Positions 39,165 to 52,184 are shown, counted from the whole stretch's first letter. The stretch: 63,027 nucleotides of DNA, filler included, from Octopus bimaculoides (GCF_001194135.2; 4 parts of 3 records of this genome joined end to end with filler, not necessarily neighbours in it), one strand, 5' to 3'. The notes: a model not told the origin generated them from the sequence alone. Program-made: numbers and translations.

Positions 39165-39706
39165 AATTATTGAGTAAATTTTAGGGCTCATAAATCAAAT
39201 ATTCTTCTATCCTTCCTTAATACCGGTTCCCATATGCTACTCATATCTGCACTCAGTCTGCTTAGGAGGTTGTTGTGTCCTAGCATATGTGCTGCTTCTT
39301 TTAGTTTTCCTATTTTCCAGTTGTGTTCTCTGTCTATTATTTTAACTTCATCCTACACGGGGAGGTGGTCTCCATTTTTCCATACATGATCAGTTATGCC
39401 CGATTTATCAATATCTCCTCGTGTCACAGCATTGCGATGTTCGTCTGCCCTTATTTTGAGGAGGCGACATGTTTCGCCTTTGTATAACCTATCACAACTG
39501 CATGGGATGGAGTACATGCAGTCTTTGGTTATATTCTATTGGTGATTTTTACTCGGAGATATTTGCTAAGTGTTGTATTACTTTTGAATACTGTCCTGAT
39601 GTCATATGGGCCGCATATCTTTTGTATCTTTTCGGAGAGGCCTTTCACAAAGGGCAGACAGACTGTGGATAGTTTATTGGTTTCATCCTCTCGTTTCTTC
39701 GTAATT

Positions 39707-40013
39707 GGAGATATTGATAAATGGGGTATAACTGATCATGTATGGAAAAATGGAGACCACCTCCCCGTGTAGGATGAAGTTAAAATAATAAAGAATACTA
39801 CTGGAAAATATGAAAACTAAAAGAAGCAGCACATATTTTAGGACACAACAACCTCCTAAGCAGACCGAGTGCAGATATGAGTAAAATATGGGAACCGGTA
39901 TTAAGGAAGGATCGAAAAATCTTAGATTTATAAGCCCTAAAATTCACTCCATAATTGCCCACGGGCATATGGCATAGTGGTTAAGAGCGCGGGTTACTAA
40001 CACCAAGATTCTG

Positions 40014-40014
<1 letters not shown>
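39707..40014 (+). mobile_element. Inverted partial duplicate of the PLE 3' region
   Basis: Reverse complement of 39121-39418 (GGAGATATTGATAAA...GAGCGCGGGTTACTAA..AAGATTCTGA). Confidence 0.92.
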
Positions 40015-40077
<63 letters not shown>

Positions 40078-40078
<1 letters not shown>

Positions 40079-40227
40079 CACCTGCCAGCAATGCATAAAA
40101 AGCTGGCAGAAAACTTTAACAACATAATAGCAGATCCAGAGACAATGCCTGAATGGCTCACAAAAGGGAAAACCATCTTAATCCCCAAATCCACGGAAAC
40201 GGAGAAACCACAAAGCTATAGACCTAT
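40078..40227 (+). mobile_element. R4/Dong-like RT N-terminal fragment directly after (TAA)n, running into a gap
   Basis: KHLPAMHKKLAENFNNIIADPETMPEWLTKGKTILIPKSTETEKPQSYRP. Confidence 0.8.
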
Positions 40228-40581
40228 NNNNNNNNNNNNNNNNNNNNNNNNNNNNNNNNNNNNNNNNNNNNTTAATTAATTAANNNNNNNNNNNNNNNNN
40301 NNNNNNNNNNNNNNNNNNNNNNNNNNNGCAAAGTGAAAACAGTACTTATCCAAATTTTTCCGTAATTCAAACTGAAAAACTAAGACGTTATCTAATAGCT
40401 ATAGCGTTTTAAGCAAGAGTTCGCGCGAAAATACTACGTTAAAAAAGAACGTTAAAATAGAGAATAGAATACGAAAGCATGAATGAAATAATAATACTTA
40501 AATAAATACTTAATTTTTTATAAATTGATTTTAATTGAGTTTTTTACCTGTAATTTTGGATTTTGTCCCTAATAATATTAT

Positions 40582-40619
<38 letters not shown>

Positions 40620-40699
40620 TATACACTTACGTATACATATCTACGAATGCACATACATAGAGATACCGGATTCAAATATTGGCACATGGTCAGTGATAT

Positions 40700-40870
40700 T
40701 GGAGGAAGGGGTATGTCGCATACAACGTCCGTGGTACTCGACTGGTCTTATTTTATCTATAACAAAAGGATGAAAGGCAAAGTCAAAGTCGACTTCGGCC
40801 GAATTTGAACTCTGAACGAAACGAAGGATGAAATGCCATCAAAACATTGTCACATGAATTCTGCCTGCTC
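40700..40870 (-). mobile_element. Nin/Deu-domain SINE fragment
   Basis: GACTGGTCTTATTTTATC...AGGATGAAAGGCAAAGTC...GACTTCGGCCGAATTTGAACTCTG. Confidence 0.7.
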
Positions 40871-41320
40871 GGAGACTAAGAGAATACTAAAAGATATCAA
40901 AAATTAATGTTTTAGCAAGTCTCGCATAGCTATATACCATGTGCAAAATCTATAAAGGAAACTAAGGTAATAAAAATAATAAAACAAACCATAAAAGAGT
41001 ATAAAAGAATAATAGAAATGATATGAACTAAAAGAAGAAATAATTGCGAGAAAGTGTGATGTATACACACTTGGGGCGGGGGCATACGCCGACACACGCC
41101 CACACTAAACCACACGACCGCATATAGAACACACTAATATATATATATATATACTTGCATATGCATACGAATACATACACGCAGGCAAACATACACATAT
41201 GCACAGATAGTGATACACAACCCTATATATATATAGTATGTGTATATATATATATATATAAATATATGTATGTGTATATATATATGTATGTGTATATATA
41301 TATATATATATATGTGTGTG

Positions 41321-41401
<81 letters not shown>

Positions 41402-43015
41402 ATGTATATACACATACATACTCTCACACATACGCAACGATATAAGTGGTTGAACTTAAAAACAGAATTACTTCCAGATAGTAAAAATGAAATTTGAACA
41501 AGTGATACAAGTACCTCGAGCAAAAGCGATGGGTTTTGTCTCGTATACACAAGTATATACATATATATGTGTGTATATGTGTGTGTGTGTGTGTGTCTGT
41601 CTGTGTGTGCGTGCGTGTCTGCAGGGAAAAGAATTCAACAGAATATTAACAGGAGAGTAGAAAATAAAAAAAAAATTTATAAGGGAATATAATATACATA
41701 ACTAGTAGCAATATTATTTAATATATATTGTAACTACCGCAGTATAGTCTAACACAACATCCTCGTTTAAGTATGGATAAATATTACCACTCGGTATGAA
41801 TACTGTCTCTGATGCCAATAATGTCCTTTAACTAGATCACTGACAGATCGTGACACTAGCGCTTGTTCTGGCTGTTTGTTCACATGTCCCTTTCAGAGAT
41901 ATGAGACGCTGCTGTCTCTAGCTGTTGAGCATACATCGTTTACAAGAACTGGAAAGGTCGAAATTACGCGAAGGGGATGGTTCTTGTGTTGGAGATGGCG
42001 CTGCAAACAAGAGTACATTTTGCATCAGAAGCCAATGTGAGAGTTCCTCTCGTGGAAACTACCGTAGTATGGTTTGTTCTAACAGAACCTCTATGTTTAA
42101 GCAGGGCTAAATATGTAGTTTTGTTCACCCGATGAAAATTTCTTCATTCCTTTCACACAAACAGGCACACACAGACGCGCACACATAGACATACACATAC
42201 ATATCCAGACATATGTATGTATATATAAATGTGTATGTATATATATATATATATATATATGCATATATATATATATACATACATATATATANNNNNNNNN
42301 NNNNNNNNNNNNNNNNNNNNNNNNNNNNNNNNNNNNNNNNNNNNNNNNNNNNNNNNNNNNNNNNNNNNNNNNNNNNNNNNNNNNNNNNNNNNNNNNNNNN
42401 NNNNNNNNNNNNNNNNNNNNNNNNNNNNNNNNNNNNNNNNNNNNNNNNNNNNNNNNNNNNNNNNNNNNNNNNNNNNNNNNNNNNNNNNNATATATATATA
42501 TATATATAATACCATTTTAACAAGTGTGATATCATTTTCGTAAGTAAGATTGAATTATTCACTACACTAAAACAGTATATAGAATACCTAGGCTAAATAA
42601 GTCAATAGCCTCTCAGGTACGTACTGGACACAAACAAAAGGCTTAATCTGCCCTTAATTCGGACCGCATTTCACCTTTTAAGGTTATTATTCTGTCATAT
42701 GACAGTTCCCACGTGTCTGTCACATGACCCTAATAAACAGGTGTTGCGGAAAAGTGAACGATGATTCCATTACCTCACCACATGACTATCCTCAGCCATT
42801 CAATTTGTAGGTTGACCGAACGTGAGTGCATTCTCTCTATAAAGTAAACGATTTTTAGAACAACAGCAGAAAAGATAGTGTGCGACTCACATCTACATTG
42901 CATAAAAGTTTGAAAATCAAATGTAATATCGGTGAAGTATGTACATAGATACATGCTTAGATATATTAAAATCGATAAAAAAACTCCAGTGAATATGATG
43001 TGGGGAGTGTAAAAA

Positions 43016-43047
43016 TCTAACGTTTCGGAAAAATTCTTCTTCAGAGA
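43016..43047 (-). ncRNA. Very compact hammerhead-like motif
   Basis: Minus: TCT-CTGAAGA-AGAATTTTTCC-GAAA-CGTT-AGA. Confidence 0.5.
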
Positions 43048-44453
43048 AAAGTTGTAATGGGGGAAATTAACGAGATAGCACCGTTTGACTTACATTCAGT
43101 TAAAAAACGACTTTCATGTTGCTCATGGTTTTATTCAACTTAGAGGATATAAAATCCCGCTACTCGTCTTTAATATCTATTAGTTGAAACTCTCCTCAAA
43201 GTAGGTCTCTGTCTGAAATATTGGATTTTCCACTGCTCACGGCATGTTCACTTAACACTTCTAATTGATTATACTTTATATTACGAGTCAGATCAACGCA
43301 GTCCATCACATATGCATATACATATATATTTGTGCTCATAGATATGCACACACATAATTAGAGAATTGCATATATATTTATAATGTGTGTATATGTGTGT
43401 GTATATATATGTGTATATGTGTGCGTGTGTGCGTTTGTGTGAAATGTGTTTGTATCTATATTGCACTAATGTATGCTAATGACTGGAATAAAAACGTTAA
43501 AGTATAATCACGAAGTGTATTAATTAATAAAGGAAATATGTAGGCATTGATTTTGTTCAAAATTTCATAATTACAATTAAAATGGAAGGTTCAATCCTCG
43601 TGGATGAAACAAATAGTATGACCATTCTCCCTCTCTCTGACTTTCTTCCCATGTGTCCGCACACACACAAACGCATATGTATATACTAGCAGGCATACGT
43701 GTGTGTGTGTATATATATATATACATAATGACTATGTAGTTCAGAAGCTTGTTTTGTTTTACAGCTAAATGGTTTTGCGTTCAGCTTCCCCACGAAGAAC
43801 GTCCTGTCGTACGTTTGCTACCTGTCAAGTAATGTACCGTACCGTAAGTGAACTTGGTTTACAGAATCTGTGCAGAAATCAATCGTATACATACAGGCAT
43901 ACATAGTTAAACACATATTGCATACATAGATACATACGTACACGCACATACATAATATATACATTACATACATTATATACATTACATACATTATATANNN
44001 NNNNNNNNNNNNNNNNNNNNNNNNNNNNNNNNNNNNNNNNNNNNNNNNNNNNNNNNNNNNNNNNNNNNNNNNNNNNNNNNNNNNNNNNNNNNNNNNNNNN
44101 NNNNNNNNNNNNNNNNNNNNNNNNNNNNNNNNNNNNNNNNNNNNNNNNNNNNNNNNNNNNNNNNNNNNNNNNNNNNNNNNNNNNNNNNNNNNNNNNNNNN
44201 NNNNNNNNNNNNNNNNNNNNNNNNNNNNNNNNNNNNNNNNNNNNNNNNNNNNNNNNNNNNNNNNNNNNNNNNNNNNNNNNNNNNNNNNNNNNNNNNNNNN
44301 NNNNNNNNNNNNNNNNNNNNNNNNNNNNNNNNNNNNNNNNNNNNNNNNNNNNNNNNNNNNNNNNNNNNNNNNNNNNNNNNNNNNNNNNNNNNNNNNNNNN
44401 NNNNNNNNNNNNNNNNNNNNNNNNNNNNNNNNNNNNNNNNNNNNNNATATATA

Positions 44454-46242
44454 TAGGCATACTTCGATTAAGTCGTTTCGATTTAAGTCGGTTTACAAAA
44501 GTAATATATGGCAAAATGAACATCAAGTTAAGTAATTTTACTCGACTTTTCGTCTGTCCGCCACAAATATTAGAATCGTAAAATCACTAGAAAACCGTTA
44601 AAATCACATAAAATCATGTTTCTGTACAATAAATATGAATAAAGGCATATAAAACCATATTAAAATACATACAGTAAATGTTAAGAGACACATCATAAAT
44701 TAGTGTAGCTTAGAGAACGAAATCATGACATAGGCTGTGTTGTCTTATTTATCGGTATTTGGGAGCTCATATTGCACTGTAGTTCCAATATCCTGCCGTT
44801 AGGAGTTGTCACTCGTGATTCTCACGATTGTTTTGAATTCAGGTTTGTTTACGTCTGTTTATCGGTTACATTCTTATTCTCATTCATCTGTGACTTTATT
44901 TTTTACCCCCATGGCTTCTAAGAAAATTTATAGTGAAAGTGCTAAGCGTCATGCTATAACACTGGATGATAAACTGGTTATGATAAAAGGCCATGAAAAA
45001 GGTGAAAAGTTGGTAGCAATTCCACGATCTTTTGGGATGAGTCGAACAACTGTATCAACGATTGTATATAATAAGGACAAGATTTTTAGCAGATATGAAA
45101 TCTGAAGCCGCAGGGATAAAGAAAACTGTCACCAGTAAGAAAAGTGGCAAAATCTTTGAAGAGATGGAAAGTTTTTTTTTTTCTCATTGGATTGTTAGGT
45201 TGAATCGTCAGCGTTCTACTATTAATCAATAAATCATTCAGGGGAAAGCATTGTCTTTGTTTGAGGACCTGAAGAAATATCCAGATCAGAAAGATGTGGA
45301 GTTCAAGGCAAGTCAATGATGGTTCATGAGAAGAGAATGGGTTTCTTCTTGAACAAAAATTTACCGTAGACAAAACTGGATTGTATATGAGTAGGAAGCT
45401 ATTCCAGGCTACAAGATCTCAAAAGAACATGTGACCATTATGTAGGGCGGTAATTGTGCAGGAGATCTTAAGTTAATGCCATTGCTTGTGTGTCATGCGT
45501 GCTATCCCAGTGCCCTGAAGAAAATACCCAAGGCACTTCTCCCTGTTATATGGATGGCTAGTTCAAAAGCAAGTGTTACTGTTGTGGTTTTTGAAGATTG
45601 GTTCTTCAATTATTTTATCCCAGCAGCAGAGAAGTACTGTAAGGTGAAGGGAATTCCTTTTAAGGTTTTACTTATCTTAGATAATGCTCCTGGCCACCAA
45701 CAAAACATCGTAGATTTTGACCCCAACGTTTCCGTCATAAACCACCCTCCCAACACCACATCTCTTCTGCAGCCAATAGATCAGCAAATAATTGCTATCT
45801 TCAAGCGTTATAATATGAAGTGTACACTGCGGTAAGCAATAGCAGCAACTGGTCTTGATGAGTCCATCACACTTCGTGACTTTTGGAAAAATACGATGTC
45901 TACAAGACTGTACAGAACATAACAGTGGCATGGAATGATGTACAGAGCACGGCTATGAATACACATACATAAACACATACATACATTTATACATTCATAC
46001 GTACATGCATACATGGAAGAAACTTTGCCTGCAATTCGTGAATGATTTTAAGGGGTTTGATAATGTTACCACCAACAAAAAGTTGGTGGTAACAAATGAA
46101 TTCGGAGGAGGAGGATTTCAGAGATTTATTTGAGAAAGAGAAGCAGCCCATGACGAACGGCAATTTGATAGAGATTCGCGATCAGCAAAATAAAGAAGAG
46201 GAAAGCGAACCTGAATTACGTCACTTTACCGTATAAAGCATG
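44454..46242 (+). mobile_element. Tigger (pogo/TIGD1-like) DNA transposon remnant
   Basis: Left end TAGGCATACTTCG resembles Tigger1 TIR CAGGCATACCTCG; MASKK...KRHAITLDDKL.MIK..EKGE...MSRTTVSTI (HTH, ATG 44911); DDE_1 segment W.AS.KA.VT...FEDWF...KVLLILDNAPGH...PPNTTSLLQPIDQ.IIA.FK; multiple stops and frameshifts. Confidence 0.92.
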
Positions 46243-46389
46243 TGAGCCTAGTTGTGTATAAACTAAAACACACACACACAAACAACGGTCTTATTTTAGT
46301 TTCTATTCCACCAAATCAACTCACGAGGCTTTGGGCGGCTTTGCGCTATAGCAGTAGTTACTGGTATGTTATATGTAGACTCTATTACG

Positions 46390-47900
46390 TTTTTGCTTTT
46401 TCATTGGTCTCAGCTCGGGCGTCGTAGCCAATGTTTGGCCCTGCTAAATGGTGTCCCCACATTTACACTAGTCCTTCTTCAATAGTTAATAGTTGGTGTC
46501 CGAATGATTTTGACGCTGCTGGCTTCATTTGCACTTTCTGACGTGAAGTTGGTTCCTCTAGGACCCTGGACTGAAGGAAGCCCATTTTTCTTTTGAAGAC
46601 ATCTACTTCAGCTCCGTGTATATCTCTCAGATCCTTCGGGAAGAGACTGAAGATCTGTGGGCCCTTGAATCCCAATCAGTTGCAATATCCGGTCCTGTAT
46701 TCTAATGGCAATGTTGGGACCTTTGACATAATGTAATAAGACCATGTTCCGCTGTTATTATATCTTCCAACGTAAAAGTTTAGGACAAACCTTTTCAGAT
46801 CATGCAGATATTGTAGAGTATCTTTCCCGACTGCTTTCTAGGAACAAGACACATAACGTTTGAGATTTTGCAAGTAGCCAATCTGCTGCATTGATACTAC
46901 TGTATTCCGTGGGTTTCTCCCGTGTTTGGTCATTACTTTTATATAATGTGGTGACCATAGTTGGGGGCGATAGTCCAGATGGCTTAGGTCATATCTCGTA
47001 CATAAGAGCATCATGGTTTTTTTCTTTCTTTTTTTGAAAGTTCTAAGAAATAATCCGGCCAGCTGCCTACATTTCGTTGTGGATTTAGCAATATGCACAT
47101 GCAAGTCTGCATCATTGCCCCTGATTAAAAGCTAGGACGAGCACTGGTTGTGATTCGGGAACTGCAACCCCTCCGGGTCCAGTGTATTTTGTCTGCACTG
47201 CATTTAAATTTGCTAAATACATAACGCTTGGAACATTCCACCATTATGTTAAAGGTTATTGTCACTAGTCCATTTGAATAATGAATCTAACTCAATTTGC
47301 AGGTCCATGGCATCTTCAGAGTCCACTTTTACTTCTGACACATTTTTATCATCTACATAACTTGTGACAGAGGTTCTCTGTGTAGCTGAGGAAATATCTG
47401 AGTCATTATAAATACAAGTTTTCCCAACATATTTCCCAGTGGAACACCACTCACTATTTGCGTTTTTTGTTTGGTGAGCCCAGTCGGCAACTACTACCGC
47501 AGTTCTATCTTTTATAAAGTATTGTAGCCACACACTTAGTCTTCCAAGTGTGTTCATATTACGCAGTGTGTGATATGTCATTACAAAATCGACTTTACTG
47601 AATGCCTTCGCAAAGTTGAGATAAATTACATCCACACCTAAGTGGTTGAGCAACTGTTTCAAAATAGATGTAATTTTCTAATAGATGTCTCAGGCAGCTT
47701 CTTCATGCTCGGAAACCATGCAGGTTGTCAATTAGCACTTCAATTTTTTAAAGAAACGTGTTTAGTTTCCTTCTGACTTTTCGCTCTATAATTTTGATAA
47801 TATGTGGAGTTAGAGAGACTGGTCTATAGTTTTGGCATCCAGCCTACTACCACCATTATGGATTGGGCAAAGCTTGCCAATTGCAGGGAAATTATCGAAG
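46390..47900 (-). mobile_element. CR1-like LINE, decayed RT and 3' end
   Basis: GVDVIYLNFAKAFSKVD...WLQYFIKDR...SYVDD; C-terminal GFKGPQIF.LFPKDLRD.HG..VDVFK. Confidence 0.85.
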
Positions 47901-49102
47901 TGAGACTGCAGTGGTCTTAGTAAGGGTCGCTTGCATGATTTTTGAAGGATTGCTGGGAGAATTCAGGTTTATCTCGGCTACGGCCAGTATTATGTCTTAC
48001 ATATTTTGTTTCACACACGCATACATACACATATATAAGTATTATAATATATATATACATATATATACACACACACACACACANNNNNNNNNNNNNNNNN
48101 NNNNNNNNNNNNNNNNNNNNNNNNNNNNNNNNNNNNNNNNNNNNNNNNNNNNNNNNNNNNNNNNNNNNNNNNNNNNNNNNNNNNNNNNNNNNNNNNNNNN
48201 ATATATATATATATAAGTGTGTGTGTAACCGTTATATATGCATTGAAACAGGCATATGAATATGTTATCCTGCAACACGTTAAGTTTGTGTGTGTGAGTC
48301 TAAGAAATATGATATGAGTCGTTTACGTTCTATTGAAAGCGTGAAAAGTGAATTGAAGCAAATATTTGATCTCAGCGATAATTGCCTTTGTTTTCTTTAT
48401 CTGCCACTGTAGCGGGGGAAAGAAATAAACAGAGTTGGCCGGACTGAATGAGGCATGAAAAATAACATGCACAGAAGCTTTGAAAATAAATATTTCAATT
48501 ATTTGGTAATATGCTCGATGTAGCTATCTATGGTAATTGGAGAGAACCACTGTCTACATTGCCGATGTGTATTTATGTACGTGTCTGTCTTTGAGAGTGA
48601 TTCATCTGTATTTCTGTGTATGGCATGAATACATTGGTGTGTTACTATAACCATGAATATATGTTTGTGCTTTGACTTAAGAATGCAGAACCGCTGCCGA
48701 AGAATTGGCTGTTAGAGAGAAACACATATTTGTCAATAAGGAATTTCGCGTTTATTGTTTCACTCACGTCCGATTTATATATTCTACCTGCAGGCTAGAA
48801 TCCTTATCATTGGAATTAATTATCAGGAAATATCTTTATGAGAATTCAAAGATAATCGTCTTTCGATAAATTCCATATTGTCAACACTTGCAGTCGATGC
48901 TAGTCAATAAAGTCCCATTATTGAATAAATACTTGCGAGTTTAGAATATTTCAAATCTTGGGATATCATATAAAGAACGGGCAAATACACAATATCGTAT
49001 TCACATATGCACGGACGTGTGGAAAACCACACATGCATATATACTCACGTGCCCTACCCGAGACACACACACACACATATATTATCTGTATTATATATCC
49101 AT

Positions 49103-49134
<32 letters not shown>

Positions 49135-49165
49135 CATAATATATATATATATTTATATAAATATG

Positions 49166-49201
<36 letters not shown>

Positions 49202-50128
49202 TATGTATATGTATATATATATACATATGTGTATATATATGTATACGTGTGTATATATATGTATATATNNNNNNNNNNNNNNNNNNNNNNNNNNNNNNNN
49301 NNNNNNNNNNNNNNNNNNNNNNNNNNNNNNNNNNNNNNNNNNNNNNNNNNNNNNNNNNNNNNNNNNNNNNNNNNNNNNNNNNNNNNNNNNNNNNNNNNNN
49401 NNNNNNNNNNNNNNNNNNNNNNNNNNNNNNNNNNNNNNNNNNNNNNNNNNNNNNNNNNNNNNNNNNNNNNNNNNNNNNNNNNNNNNNNNNNNNNNNNNNN
49501 NNNNNNNNNNNNNNNNNNNNNNNNNNNNNNNNNNNNNNNNNNNNNNNNNNNNNNNNNNNNNNNNNNNNNNNNNNNNNNNNNNNNNNNNNNNNNNNNNNNN
49601 NNNNNNNNNNNNNNNNNNNNNNNNNNNNNNNNNNNNNNNNNNNNNNNNNNNNNNNNNNNNNNNNNNNNNNNNNNNNNNNNNNNNNNNNNNNNNNNNNNNN
49701 NNNNNNNNNNNNNNNNNNNNNNNNNNNNNNNNNNNNNNNNNNNNNNNNNNNNNNNNNNNNNNNNNNNNNNNNNNNNNNNNNNNNNNNNNNNNNNNNNNNN
49801 NNNNNNNNNNNNNNNNNNNNNNNNNNNNNNNNNNNNNNNNNNNNNNNNNNNNNNNNNNNNNNNNNNNNNNNNNNNNNNNNNNNNNNNNNNNNNNNNNNNN
49901 NNNNNNNNNNNNNNNNNNNNNNNNNNNNNNNNNNNNNNNNNNNNNNNNNNNNNNNNNNNNNNNNNNNNNNNNNNNNNNNNNNNNNNNNNNNNNNNNNNNN
50001 NNNNNNNNNNNNNNNNNNNNNNNNNNNNNNNNNNNNNNNNNNNNNNNNNNNNNNNNNNNNNNNNNNNNNNNNNNNNNNNNNNNNNNNNNTATATATATAT
50101 ATTCAATGTCTATTCATATACATGTCTC

Positions 50129-50163
<35 letters not shown>

Positions 50164-50589
50164 AATATGTGTGTGTATTTGTATGTGTGTACGCATCTGA
50201 ATATAAATATTCGTGCACACACACACTCATCTATCTTATTTAATTCCGTTACGCCCACACCACTGCTTGTATTTATCAGCCTGCTGTTTATTATAATACT
50301 TTTCCCAACGAAGGCAGTCGATTGCTCGTCGTCTTCCTAAAGACATTTTAATATCGTTGATTCCATTTGATAATCATAAATGATATATGATACTATACAT
50401 AATGCATATATACATACATCCATACATACACAGACACTTACACACACACACACATATATATGTGTGAGTGTGTGTGTGCATGTATGTATCGTATGTACAC
50501 TATTTAACAATTAAGCAGCAACTAGAGAAATGAAATTATAGCAATTAGTATTACATTAATTGATATTTGTATTTTTCAAGGAAAGTACG

Positions 50590-51190
50590 ATAAGTTATCG
50601 TAGATTATTTATTTCGGTTCTTTACATTCTTTGGTCAAATCCCATCTGCGGTCGATAACATGAAATAAATACCAGTCTAATACTGGGGAACGATGTTATC
50701 GAGTTATTCTCTGCTCATGAAAATTGCTAACCTTGTGTCTGTCTGAGTTCAAAATGTGATGAGCGGAATCATTAGCGTGCGGATTAAAATGCTTACACAT
50801 GCATTTCTTCCGACATTTTACGCTTGAGTTGAACTTTATATTTCATTCTTTCGGGCTCGAAGAAATAAAGTACCATGCAAGTACTGGATCGATGTTACCG
50901 ACTAAAGCCCTCCCATTAAAACTTCTGGCCTTTTACCAAAAATTGAAACAATCATTATTTGTAAAAGTATGATTAAGACGGCGAGCTGGTAGAATTGTTA
51001 GAAAGTGGGACAAGATGCTTAGCGGTATTTCATCCGGTTTTACTTTCGGGGATCACATGCCGCCGATGTTGACTTTGACTTTCATCCTTTCAAGGTCGAT
51101 GAACTAAGTACCATTTGAGCACTGGGTTCGATGTAATCGAGCAGCATCCTCCCTCAAACTTTCAGGCTTTGTGTTTTTAATAGAAAGGAT
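50590..51190 (+). mobile_element. Three decayed co-oriented Nin/Deu-domain SINE copies
   Basis: Repeated TTCATCCTTTC..GGTCGA..AA.TAAGTACC..GTACTGG.TCGATGT cores. Confidence 0.72.
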
Positions 51191-51639
51191 TATAAATAGT
51201 GCGATCTATTGTTTCGACTCAGTTGAGTTCTCTATGAATTGTTTTGCGGGATTTCATTTCTAATGTGTACATGGTGATTACGTATTCCACGAAGATTGAC
51301 TTTACCCTTCATTCTTGCATGGTCGTAAAATAAAGTGCATTCGAAGTAATATAGTCGGATTATTCGGCCCCAGTTCTACCCTAGAATTTCTAGCCTTTGG
51401 CCATCTTAGGAGCTGTTTTCGTGATTACTATCTGCTAACTTATGACCGTCAGAAAAAAAAAAAAACTAGGGTGCCGATCAACATAATTTTCTTGAATGTT
51501 CACTTTCCAATGGGCTCGTATGAACGCCATCGTGACACACATTGTGTCTTAGAAAGTAAACGTAGTAGAGTCTATCACATTCTGGTTCATGTAATCAACA
51601 TTTATATATATATATAATAAATATATATATAAAGAATGA

Positions 51640-52063
51640 GATAAAGAGACCAATGGTATAAACAAATTTATATTTTATGTAGAATGTCTTACATCTGTTT
51701 CAGGGAAAATTCAATGTATCCCTTCATTGGTGACGGTAATAGTAGAAGTAAATATTATTAAATCTGTATGAGGAGATTTGCAGTAAGAAACGAGAGCGAT
51801 GCGGAGAAGAAAAATAAAGAAGAAAAAGTACTTGGAGTATAGTTCCATTTCAAAGGTAAATATCCATGCATAGAATGTATATATATATATACGTATATAC
51901 ATGGATATTTACCTTTGGAATGGAACTATACTCCAAGTACTTTTTCTTCTTTATTTTTTCTTCTCCGCATCGCTCTCATTTCTTACTGCAAATCTCCTCA
52001 TACAGATTCAATAATCCCTACTTCTAGTATAACCGTCTCCGATGAAGGGATACATTGAATTTT
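51640..52063. mobile_element. Foldback (about 160-bp arms, 51706-51868 and 51900-52063) of a PLE-like terminal repeat carrying a hammerhead motif
   Basis: Arms are near-identical reverse complements; minus 51686-51734 reads GTCA-CCAATGA-AGGG ATACATTGAATTTT CCCT-GAAA-CAGATG-TA-AGAC; plus arm has GTCT-CCGATGA-AGGG. Confidence 0.75.
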
Positions 52064-52114
52064 TTTATTATTGAAGTTTTTTCAACCACCGAGATAATAC
52101 TAATATATACATAA

Positions 52115-52184
<70 letters not shown>

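Larger units (their letters stand above)
38762..39706 (-). mobile_element. Penelope-like element 3' part: GIY-YIG endonuclease remnant plus terminal repeat
   Basis: Minus reading VCLPFVKGLSEKIQKICGPYDIRTVFK...CMYSIPCSCDRLYKGETCR.LKIR.DEHR...DKSGITDHVW...EVKIIDRE.NWK..KLKEAAHM...WEPVL; downstream tRNA-like segment, (TAA)n and hammerhead core. Confidence 0.9.
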
